Assembly: GCA_950097015.1 (NCBI GenBank)
Contig: CATNEN010000038.1
Span: 124,001-188,000 of the forward strand
Length of the DNA: 64,000 bases
DNA from: Macrostomum hystrix
Taxonomy: Eukaryota; Animalia; Platyhelminthes
Reading direction: 5' to 3'
Shown: in pieces, positions 37,402 through 48,800 of the stretch
How the letters are laid out: each line of letters starts with the position of its first letter
How positions within the stretch are numbered: position 1 is the first letter of the stretch
The notes under the pieces: model-generated
The model's database searches: none
What the model was told of the DNA's origin: nothing
The model's input: only the letters and a program-made list of their open reading frames with translations
Translations under genes and position numbers: made by a program

Positions 37402-38916
37402 ATGTCTTCAGCTAGTCATTCGAAGGCGGCTGCTCTGAGCAGTGAACCAGACGACGATTCGTATGCGGAGTTCGCACAACGAGCTCAGTTCATCACAGGC
37501 GTGGTGCTCTACCCTCTGGTGGCCATTGTTGGTGGCATCGGCTGCCTGTTCTGCCTTGTCACTTTTAGCCGGCGAGCCCTACGAGCCAGCAGTACCAACG
37601 CGTACCTCGCCGCGCTGGCTTGCGCCGATCTGATGAAACTGACCAACGATTTTCTCTACTTTCCCGCCAGCCTGATGCCACAGCTGGGCCTCTTTGCGAG
37701 GCTCTATCCTTACGCGTTTTTCTTTTCCCAGTACGCGTCCGGCTGCGCGGCCTGGCTCACTGTGGCCGTGGCTATCGAGCGATGCCTGATGGTTACGCAG
37801 CCGAACTGGAGTCGGTACTCGCTCACCGTAGCCAAGGCCCGCGCAGCCTCACTGGCCATCTTTGTTATCCTGCTGCTCATTACTGGGCCATATTTGTTGC
37901 GCTTTCAGGCTGTGTGTGAGGTGCCAATAGTTTCAGCTGATCAAACCGCGCCAAAGTCTATTGACGTTGCTAATGCGGTGACATCAAGCGAAGCCGATGT
38001 TTTTAGCAACAATGTCACGCAGTCCGCTCATGATTATTCTTTTGACCTCATAGGGCCGCATAACATCACTCACAGCGAAGCCAGTCTTGGCAACTGCACT
38101 TGGCAGCCAACGCTGAGCAACCTGTGGAGAATGTCGCCCTATGCCGACCGCTACTCTCGAGTGCACAGCTTTGTCAGGTCGCAGCTCCCGCTAGCCATCC
38201 TAATCTGCGTCAACGTGCGCATCACAATGACTCTCTGGACTACGCGCGCCAATAAAAAGTTGGCCGCTCGGAATCGAGTGACTATCATGCTGGCCATTGT
38301 GATTCTGTGCGCCATCTTGTTCACAATGCCGGATTCGTTGCTCTCCGTCCTCGGTTGGGGCTACGCAGAAACAACCAGCCAGTTTCGCAAGGGCATCCGC
38401 GAGATCAGCGACCTGATGCTGAGCATGAACTCCGCGATCAATTTTTTTCTTTACATTTCCTTCAATCGCATCTTTCTGCGTTGCTTCATCAAGACATTCT
38501 GCCCTTTCGCTTCCGCCAGCCCCGCTTCCAAAGCTGCCGCAGTTGCCGCAGTCAAGGGAGTAGCTGTGAAAGCGGTCAGCTCTGAGGACGGCGGCCTGGC
38601 TTGCGAAACGTTCGGCATCAGCATCCCGGCTGGTAACGCGCTTCAGCGGCGCGAACGGAGGCTGCGCCTGAGGCGTCTGCGGCGTCAACTGCTGGCTGGG
38701 GGCATCGGTGCGTCTAGCGAGCCATCGACGGGCCGTGTCCGCAACAACGGCCACAAAGAGCTTGCCGTCGATCGGAACGCCTACGCGGAGAAAGAATTTA
38801 AGAACAATAGTGATGCCGCGCCGACGGAGCTTGTAGTGGTCTTTGTTCACTCCGATCCGTCCAAGGATGGCGCCGCTGTTGAAGTCAAAAGCTTCAATCA
38901 AAGCGAAAATTTGTGA
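37402..38916 (+). CDS. Intronless class A GPCR, FMRFamide/peptide-receptor-like
   Basis: Seven hydrophobic segments, SSTNAYLAALACAD (TM2), AIERC (DRY variant), NSAINFFLY (TM7), and a long ECL2 with N-glycosylation sequons. Confidence 0.9.
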   Translation: MSSASHSKAAALSSEPDDDSYAEFAQRAQFITGVVLYPLVAIVGGIGCLFCLVTFSRRALRASSTNAYLAALACADLMKLTNDFLYFPASLMPQLGLFARLYPYAFFFSQYASGCAAWLTVAVAIERCLMVTQPNWSRYSLTVAKARAASLAIFVILLLITGPYLLRFQAVCEVPIVSADQTAPKSIDVANAVTSSEADVFSNNVTQSAHDYSFDLIGPHNITHSEASLGNCTWQPTLSNLWRMSPYADRYSRVHSFVRSQLPLAILICVNVRITMTLWTTRANKKLAARNRVTIMLAIVILCAILFTMPDSLLSVLGWGYAETTSQFRKGIREISDLMLSMNSAINFFLYISFNRIFLRCFIKTFCPFASASPASKAAAVAAVKGVAVKAVSSEDGGLACETFGISIPAGNALQRRERRLRLRRLRRQLLAGGIGASSEPSTGRVRNNGHKELAVDRNAYAEKEFKNNSDAAPTELVVVFVHSDPSKDGAAVEVKSFNQSENL

Positions 38917-39810
38917 CCGAAAAGTACTTCTTACTTTCTACTGTTTTTAATATTGGTTTAAGTGTTAAAAAAGTGACCGACAAACAAATTCTATCAGAAT
39001 TTTTCTAAAGCAGCAGTAATAGCATAAAGTATTTTTGTACACCGAATGACAGCTTTTCATTATTTTCGATTAATACGAATGGACTTTTCATACGGGCTCC
39101 TTAAAAGGCAATATTGAATTTGAAGCATGTTAGCTAGTAGCCATATTGCAGCTTAAGTCTATATTTTTCGGCCCAACTGACACAGATTCAGTTCAGACAA
39201 TCAAAAAAGAGGCAATTTATATCGACTGTACCAGAGTACAAAGTGTGAACGTGCTACTTAAAGTAAGCGGTTATGGGCGCAACTCCAGGTTGTATAATTT
39301 ATTTATTGACGGGCGCACTATGTGGGTCGTTTTGAGTTCAGAACAGATCGAATCAACTGTGACACCTCAGCAGAAGTGGGCGGTCCTGTTACTTTCTGAC
39401 CTGATATAATTGACAAGGCATTCGCACAATGAGCACATTAGCACTGAAGAGCGCTTCAATGGACAATGACAATGATTCTGAAGCTTTTCTTTTCCAGCAC
39501 TAAAAGTTTATTGGAACGAATAGTGTTGGAAAAAAATTGCTTTGAAGATCAAGAAAAAGAATACAAATTTGAGGAAAGTTTAGAAATTTATTCAATAAAA
39601 TACAGCACAATAACAAGCTTAGAGCTAGCCTGTTTTGCATTAGATCAACAAGTTGAACTGTAAAGTTTAATTCAACGCGCACATTGTGCTTCGATTCTAA
39701 GAAAAGCAAAGAATAAACGCAGCAGAATTGTTTAATAGTCCAGCTCGACGCTTGAACTAGAACAACAGCAGCAGCTAGGACAGCATTGTGCAGTGAATCC
39801 GCGCCTCCAA

Positions 39811-42800
39811 TCAGAAGTAGGCATTGTGGTTGCTGGCCACCGTTTTCAGCAACTCACAATGACTAGATCTCAGAGCGGTGCTGTAAGCCACCTCCATCCA
39901 CTTCACCTGCTCATCGCAGTCAGCCTCGGCGAACACCTGCGATTGGCGTGAATGAAAATAATGTTATTAATTTGCTATTCAATTACACCTGCCACGATTA
40001 GGCCGGATGTGCAGCCGCAGCTATTGCGCGGTGCATCTGAAGGCTTCGTACGGCTGTTCAGTCCATGGACTGTGTGGACGCCACACCCACCCTCAATTAA
40101 CCCATCTAATGCTTGGTAAACGTAAGCAAATCAGAGTTAATTGTCTTGCTAAAGGACACAAATTGGTTTAATGGAGTCGGTAATGAAACCCCGACCTCCA
40201 AGTCGTGAGTCCGACACTCACCACTAGCGAACAACCCCTTGTAGCATAGTGGGTTAGTGGCTAGTATTTATCGTTGCGAATGAAAAAGTACAAGTTTAAC
40301 TTCACATTCTTTCTACTGTACTGTGATAGTAAGCGAAATGCGTCCTCTCCTACCTTTTTATTAGCGACTTTATTGAACTCACCTTGAGCATGGCATCAGA
40401 GAACTTCCAGCCTTCGGACTCGTGAATGTTGATGACAACTGCTTCCATCCACGCGTTGTCCGAATTCAGGTGGTCGTCCAAGTAGCCTTTGAAAATCTGC
40501 AGACAGCGAAATCGTAGTTCATTGATTATTTCTTTCAACTGCCATCTACGCTCGTATAACTAAGATTAACCTTGATGTCGATATGACCAGCAATTTACGT
40601 GTAACTAACTCAGTTTAACAGATGAATTATCTGTCTAACCGGTAAAATTATCTGTTCTAGCCGGTAAAAGTATCTCTGTAACAGGTGGAAAGGTGGCAAG
40701 CTAAGTGACAGCCTAAAGAAAGTAAAACGAGGTATATTAATATTAGAGGTAAAAGACGGAACTAAAAAAAGATAAAAAACACTGAAGCAAAGAACAGTAC
40801 ACGCTTAAGAATGCTACCAGGTTTGAGTGTAAAATGACGACTATTTATTACGATTTGGGGAATAAATCCATAAACTGTTTATAACTTTTGTGAATATTGT
40901 ATTTCTGTGATAATTGGTCCCCCCGTAATTTTTTCCCATGATGAATGACAATGTCCGAAACACAAATGGCTAAAAAAGAAGGAATAGATCAACAAAGAGT
41001 AAAACTAAACAATGCCAGGTTTAAAAAGGAAAACATAAAAATGATATTGCAGCTTATTGTCATACCAGATTCATTTCTGAGTGTCGAATAGCCTAAAATA
41101 GGAATTTATTTTGTAGCGATAAAAATGTATAAGAAATGAGAAAGAATGGATTTACACCAGCGTTGATAAAAATACAGGACTTGACCATGGCATGATCGAA
41201 TGAGCGGAATCACATTCAGCCACGACTCACTTGCTCGGCGCGGCCTTTCTGAACCGCGGTGATCTCCTGCCTGGCGCCCCTGTGCTGCATCAGCTGCTTC
41301 AGCCGACGGCTGATGAATACTTTCAGGAACTGCGAGACGCACTGGTCGTAGTCGCAGTGGGACTGGTGGTCCGTGAGGTACTGTGGGACGATTTCGGGAG
41401 CGGGGTTGAAGACTCTTATTTTATTACTCATTTTTCCAAGCCAATAGCAGAACACTGATGAGTCATTCCTACGAGCCAATCAGACAACACTGATACATCG
41501 ATGACTCATTCTGACGAGCCAATCAGACAACACTGATACATCGATGACTCATTCTGACGAGCCAATCAGATATAACACTGATATATCAATGACTTTTTCT
41601 GGAGATTCTTGAAAGCTGCTAGCACACCCTGATTAGCGAAGTTTGATTATCGAAAATTTCCAATCAGCAGCAGCAAACTCACCCACGGCAGGCAGAACTG
41701 TTTGTGTCTGAACAGCGACACCACCTGCAGGATGGGTTTGCCCAGGCGATGAATCACGGCACCAGACGGCGCCCGGTTCCAGCGAGTCATAACGACCACG
41801 GCGGCACTGTTGGGTCCCCACCTGGGCAGGAGGCCCTTGCCCTTGAGTCCTGTCCTGCCCATAGGGTTCAGCGGTGCGCCGGTGCTGGAGTCCAGCCGGT
41901 AGCGGCCCATCATGCTCTGGCGGCGCAAACGGTGCGCGCTGTCGAACTGGTTGAACGGCAGAGAGTGAACCGACCTGCGGGCAAGTTCGCCAGTCTCGCT
42001 AATATCCACTGCGATGAAGTTTCAAAGGCTGATTCAAGTATTTTGCTGGATGAATCAATAACTCACAGTGAGGGATTGTCGTGAGCATCTTGGCCGGGGT
42101 AAATCAGAACTTCGTCTGAAGCGTCAAACGCAAAGTACTCTCGGTATTCGATCTGAAAGAAAAAGTTGAGTAGCTCTCTAGTAAATAATGCACGGCAGGT
42201 TTTTGATTGAATGAGTAATTGGAAAATTAAATTAAATTAAACTCATGCAGTGATTGGCTGCAGGACACCCACCTCCCAGGGAATGCGATCGGGCGGCACG
42301 TTCATCCGCATGCCCGGGTACTGCTCGAAGTTGAAGGGCGCGTAGCGCCACAGTCGGTGGTCGGAGGTCAGGTACTGGATGAGTCGCCCGGTGGTCGGGT
42401 CGTCCACAGTCGGTCGAACAGTTGTTCGATCGTCGTCGGCCTCGCTATCTGAGCTGGTGCTCTCCTCTTCAGGACTGGGCGGCTCCTCAGGCGGCGGCGG
42501 CGGCGGCGGAGTCGGCGGCTTCGGTGGCGGCGGTGGGGGCGCTTGAATTGGGCGCAGTCGCTCCAGCACCGGCGAGCCGATCTCCCTGACGGACACCGGA
42601 GTTGCCTGTATTGAAGGGCGGTTCAGGTGTTTCAGGTTCAATACCCACTGGCCTCGCTATCTCTGACCCATCCATTTTCACCTGGCCCACCTCCGCATCT
42701 CATCTCACCTGGCCCACCTCCGCATCTCATCTCACCTGGCCCACCTCCGCATCTCATCTCACCTGGCCCACCTCCGCATCTCATCTCACCTGGCCCACCT

Positions 42801-45800
42801 CCGCATCTCATCTCACCTGGCCCAACTCCACATCTCATCTCACCTGGCCCACCTCCGCATCTCATCTCACCTGGCCCACCTGCCCATCTCATTTCACCTG
42901 GCCCACCTGCCCATCGGCGGCTCACCTGCAGCGCCGCGGACGCAGCCTGCCTGGCTGCCTCCTCGAACCAGACGGGCGGTGTTTGGTGCAGCTCCAGGAC
43001 CACGCTGCGCACCCGGGCCTCGAGCTGGGGATCAACGGCCGGGATCGGCTCGGTGGGTCGCTCGCCCAGCTTGGCTAAAATCTGGCGCTGCGTCTCCTGC
43101 ACCGCTGCCAGCATCTGGGAGATGCCGTGCACCGCGGTGGACAGCTCGCCAACTCGACCGTCTAGATCTGCGCCGAGTTTGTTGAGCTGAGTGTCGACTC
43201 CCTGTAAAGATAAGGTTTGTTAGATCTACGTCCAAACCACTGGTACCGGGTCATATGTAGACTAACAAATGAAATTTCAAATGAGCCACATGAGCTGCTG
43301 AGCAAGCTGCTGAGCACCCCAACCTTGAACTTTCGCTCCAGCTCCATCCCGATGCCGCTGGTCGCGTCTGTCATCTGCTTGGCCATGTCCATCGCGGCGC
43401 TGGGAAACAGCGACTGGCCTCCTGCGGCCGGCTGCGGCCCCGACGTCCTGACGATGATTGACTTCGAGTCGCCCCGACCGCCGCGGCTCTTCTGCTGAGT
43501 CTCCTGGCCGTTGCGCAGGTAGTCCATGGCCTTCATGTGCTCCCACTTGATCAGCTCACGCTCCTTCTTCAGATTGTCAGTGTACTTGATCTTCAGCGGG
43601 TCGAACAGATCGGAGCGGCGCAGGCCCTGGTAGCGCAGCTGGATGTAGAAGCCCAGCTGGTAGGCGTGCCAGATGAAAATCAGCGGCGGCGCCAGCGGCG
43701 ACCTCTCGATGTACTCCTTGATCATGCTGTAGCGCTGGTAGTTCCAATGCAGCGCCGAGAACTGGTTGATCATCTCGTAGGTGCTTGAGAACATGGCGAT
43801 CAGCAGGTTGAACATCAAGATGTTCGTCAGCAGTACATACACGCCGAGCATCACTGGGACGAGCCATACAGCTGTCCAGTGTGGGCACTGGCCGTCATTC
43901 TTGCAGCCGTCATCTAAAAGTATTTACAGGTACATTTTTCTAATTTGACAGGCTGTGACATTTGACAGTCTGTGACATTTGACAGTCTGTGACATTTGAC
44001 AGTCTGTGACATTTGACAGTCTGTGACATTTGACAGGCTGTGACATTTGACAGTCTGTGACATTTGACAGTCTGTGACATTTGACAGGCTGGGGCATTTG
44101 ACAGTCTGTGACATTTGACAGTCTGTGACATTTGACAGCTGTGACATTTGACAGTCTGTGACATTTGACAGTCTGTGACATTTGACAGGCTGTGACATTT
44201 GACAGTCTGTGACATTTGACAGTCTGTGACATTTGACAGGCTGGGGCATTTGACAGTCTGTGACATTTGACAGTCTGTGACATTTGACAGCTGTGACATT
44301 TGACAGTCTGTGACAGTCTGAGTCTATGGCATTTGACATCCTCTGCATTTGATACGATGTGGAAAATGACATCTAGTCAAAGATTTGCTCGTACGTGACA
44401 TTTAAAACCCCGTTAACTTTGACTAACAGCGTACCTGTCTATTCAAGTCTGTCAGCCTGCTAAAATGCAACAACAAATAGATGAGCATGAACTCACCCTT
44501 GGCCTGAATGATATCCAAGGAAAACTCGCCGAACATTTGAAAGTAGGATTTGGTGAGGAAGTTGACCAGCACATCGATCTGGGTCATCGGGCTGGGAAAT
44601 GTCCTGTTGTATTCTGTGCTCGGAGTGTACATGCCGCTGGGGTAGGCGATGGACTGTGCAGCCACCCCATAGCCCAGCACGAATACCAGCAGGATGACCA
44701 TGAAGGGCACCAGATCGTTAATCACCATCTTGCCTATCATAATCAGCTTGGGTCCCAGGGCTATGTGGAAGCTGAAGATGTACATCAGGCGGATGTAGTA
44801 GGCGAACAGGCTGAACGCGTAGCAGATCCGGGCTATGATGAAGAACTCGCTGGTCAGTATGACGTCATAGCCTTGCACATCGGAGTGCACGTCGCTTAAT
44901 AAGGAGATCATCCGCAGAATGAATCCCAGCGTGAATAAACCCACTGCGATGCAGTCCAGCTTGTTCCAGCTGTCAGAGATGTACGTTGAAAAGCTGATGC
45001 CGGACATTGTGGCCTGGATGTGGGCGTTGTGCGTGTTTGCGAATCGTCATAGGTTCCCTTCGGGTACGGATTTAGAATAGGGATTCCCATCGGATGTGGA
45101 TTTAGAAAAAAGGAATTCCCTTCCTAAATGGAATTAGAAACTGGGATTCCCTTCCAAAACGGAATTAGAAACTGGGATTCCCTTCCAAAACGAAATTAGA
45201 AACTGGGATTCCCTTCCAAAACGGAATTAGAAACTGGGATTCCCTTCCAAAACGGAATTAGAAACTGGGATTCCCTTCCAATACGGATTTAGAAGTGGGG
45301 ATTCCCTTTGTATGCGAATTTAGAAACTGGGATTTCCATCCGATACAGATTAAGAAACTGGGATTACCATCCGATGCGGATTAAGAAACTGGGATTACCA
45401 TCCGATACGGATTTAGAAACTGGGATTCCCATTCGATATGAATTTTGAAATTGTGATTCCCATCCAATACTGATTTCGCAACTGGAATTCCTCGAATATC
45501 AGAAATAAACAATCCGGCACTATTAGACTCACGCTATAATAGATAAATTAAATAATTTTCACAACTGCAAAGACCCATATATATTTGGACAGAAAATAGG
45601 AAATTCATAATAGGAGCTCATAATGTGATACAACACCATTGTGAGAGAATAGTCACTCAAGGCATGCAACTTTCTAAATAACTCTCTAGCTGCTACTAAA
45701 GAAGCAACAACCCCTTCTAAGTACTTTTAAAAATATAAATGAATTTTATCAGCAGGTCTACAGAAATACAGATAAACAGAAAAACAACTACATACCCATA

Positions 45801-48800
45801 AAGTCTTCCAACATACAAACCCCTCCACTCCTCAACCCCCAAAACCCCTCCACTCCTCAACCCCCAAAACCCCTCCACTCCTCAAACCCCTAAACTCCTC
45901 CACTCCTCAACCCCCAAAACCCCTCAACTCTTCAACCCGCAAAACCCCTCCACTCCTCAACCCCCAAAACCCCTCAACTCTTCAACCCGCAAAACCTCTC
46001 CTCTCCTCAACCCCCAAAACCCCTCCACTTCACAAACCCCTAAACCCCTCAACTCCTCAACCCCGAAAACCCCTCCACTCCTCAAACCCCTAAACTCCTC
46101 CACTCCTCAACCCCCAAAACCCCTCAACTCTTCAACCCGCAAAACCCCTCCACTCCTCAACCCCCAAAACCCCTCCACTCCTCAACCCCCAAAACCCCTC
46201 CACTCCACAAACCCCTAAACCCCTCAACTCCTCAACCCCTAAACCCCTAAACAAACTCTCAGCCATTTAGCCAACAATGCTTCCACGCCTGAACCCCTCA
46301 ATCCTTAAACCCAGAACCCTTAACTCTCAATCATCATGCATATTCCCCATACTTTATTAACAAGCCAATGAGCACAATTTTATGAGGAATAAAATTTTAG
46401 GGATAATACGCTCGTAGTTAAGCAAAACTCTTAAGTAGAAGTCGTGGTAAAGAAAAGGCAAATTAATTACTAGTATTTGACAACTTTAAATAAAATAATT
46501 TTTTAAGGAAATAAAAAGGCCACACCGCATTACTTTATTAAAAGAACCAGTGTACATACTATAAGTAGCATATTTTGCGCGCTTTATGTGTGCACAATAA
46601 ACTATTTGGGTATGTCTTCTCTCAGAACTAAAACAAAATAGTCTCAGGTGGTAGTTCGTACACTAGAAGAGGTGCGATAAACTGGCAGGCAAAAAAATCA
46701 AAATTTCATCACTTTTTGACATTACTCGCTACTTACAGTTAAAATCTGAAAAAATGATTTTGAAAACCGGAATTTGATTGGCCACTTGCTGTTCACTGAC
46801 ATCACCAACATGAGTTATCAGACAGATTTGTAGCTATAGTTCAAATCTATTTAGTGAAAACTCACCTGCTTAATCTCCTCCAACAGCAGCGTGACCATCC
46901 AGCCGATGACCACGTACTCCAGTGGCTGAATCTTGTGTGACAGCTCGTACAGCATCATGTAGCTGAATATGACTAGAAATGCCACGTAGGATATCTGCGG
47001 ATACATTGCAGACAGCAGCTACAGATTTGCTGATGTACAGCTTCATGGATTCATTTATATAACATTTGATGACCATATCTAACATGTGACAGCCATATCT
47101 AACTTGTGACAGTCATATCTAACATGTTGCAGAAGTATCTAACATGTTACAGCCAAATCTAACATGTCACGGCAATATCTAGCATTTGACAGCCATATCT
47201 AACATGTGACAGCCATATCTAACATGTCATGGCAATATCTAACATTTGACAGCCATATCTAACATGTGACAGCCATATCTAACATGTGACAGCCATGTCT
47301 AACATGTGACAGCCATATCTAACATGTGACAGCCATGTCTAACATGTGACAGTCATATCTAACATGTTACAGAAGTATCTAACATGTTACAGCCATATCT
47401 AACATGTTACAGCCATATCTAACATGTGACAGTCATATCTAACATGTTACAGCCATATCTAACATGTGACAGTCATATCTAACATGTTACAGCCATATCT
47501 AACATGTCACGGCAATATATAACATTTGGCAGCCATATCTAACATGTGACAGCCATATCTAACATGTTCCAGCCATATCTAACATGTGACAGCCATATCT
47601 AAAATGCGACAGCCTTATCTAACAGGTGAGTTAACGTGTTAGACAGCGAATGAAACGCAACCGACCGTGTTGTAGACGAAGCGAATGACGGGAGCCATGT
47701 AGAAGTCGCGTATGCGGCCAATCATTTGGCAAAAGTTCAGACTCTCCGAACTTAGCACACTGCTCAGAAATTATTGGGGATAGAAATGATTAGGGTGAGT
47801 AGCTTTAAGCTTAGTCAAATTTAATAAATTTCTGCTTAAACAAACTATGAGTAGAAATATGAGCATCAGTCGCTAACGGGTTAGTTGTTTTATGTTTACG
47901 AGAAATTCTGCTTCGTCAAAAAACTTGGCATTTTCTACGTAGGACTTCCGAGATCTCGACTGGAAAAATTGTAACAAATAAAATATGTATGAACGGTTGT
48001 TAGTTTTAACAAAAAAAAGATTTGAGCTACCCGTGACGGGACTCGAACCCGCAATCTTCTACTTAGGAGGCAGACGCCTTATCCATTAGGCCACACGGGC
48101 TCCCACTGTAACAATGCGAACCGAGAACTAGTCTTTCGGAGCTTTTCTGTGGGCAGACCCCCCCCTGCCAAGGCTGTTGAATCATTTCAAGTACTCAAAG
48201 CCACACGCCCTCCCAGCATTGAGTGGCGTTTAGAGTTTCGGACTTGAATTCTTGTGGGGCAATGTGCGCTGGCGTAACCCACTCTGTCACAAGTGTGCGG
48301 GCTTCATGTTTCACAACCTTAGTTGCACCCGCTTGGGTTGTTGGGTCGATACAATGTGTTGATCCCAAAATCTTAATATCATGTACCTATAGATGGACCG
48401 TAACGAATGACTATTTTATGAATACTTATTGAAGCCTACGCATGCCACTTTCAAATAGTGTGTTGCTCTTGGCTAGGTAGCAGCAACAATGCTCCTCAAA
48501 TCCAGTCGTCTGGTCCCTGTCCCTCCAATTCAGTGCTGCATATGTATTTATTACCATTGCATTACCACTATTAATAATAATTAATAATGATAATAATTGA
48601 TTACACCTGCCCCAATTGGGTCAGATGTGCAGCCGACAGCACAGCCGCAGCTAATGCGCGGCGCATCTGAAGGCTGCGTACAGCTGTTCAGTCCACGGAC
48701 TGGGGGGACGCCACACCCACCTTCAATTATCCCAGCTGATGCTGGTACCCATTTAACAGCTGGGTGAACTGAAGCAATGCAGAGTTAAGTGTCTTGCTAA

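Noticed and set aside
41975-42009. ORF-track start MDISETG as part of a TRPM exon
   Set aside because: The upstream exon ends in phase 2, and only the acceptor at 41974 keeps the frame.
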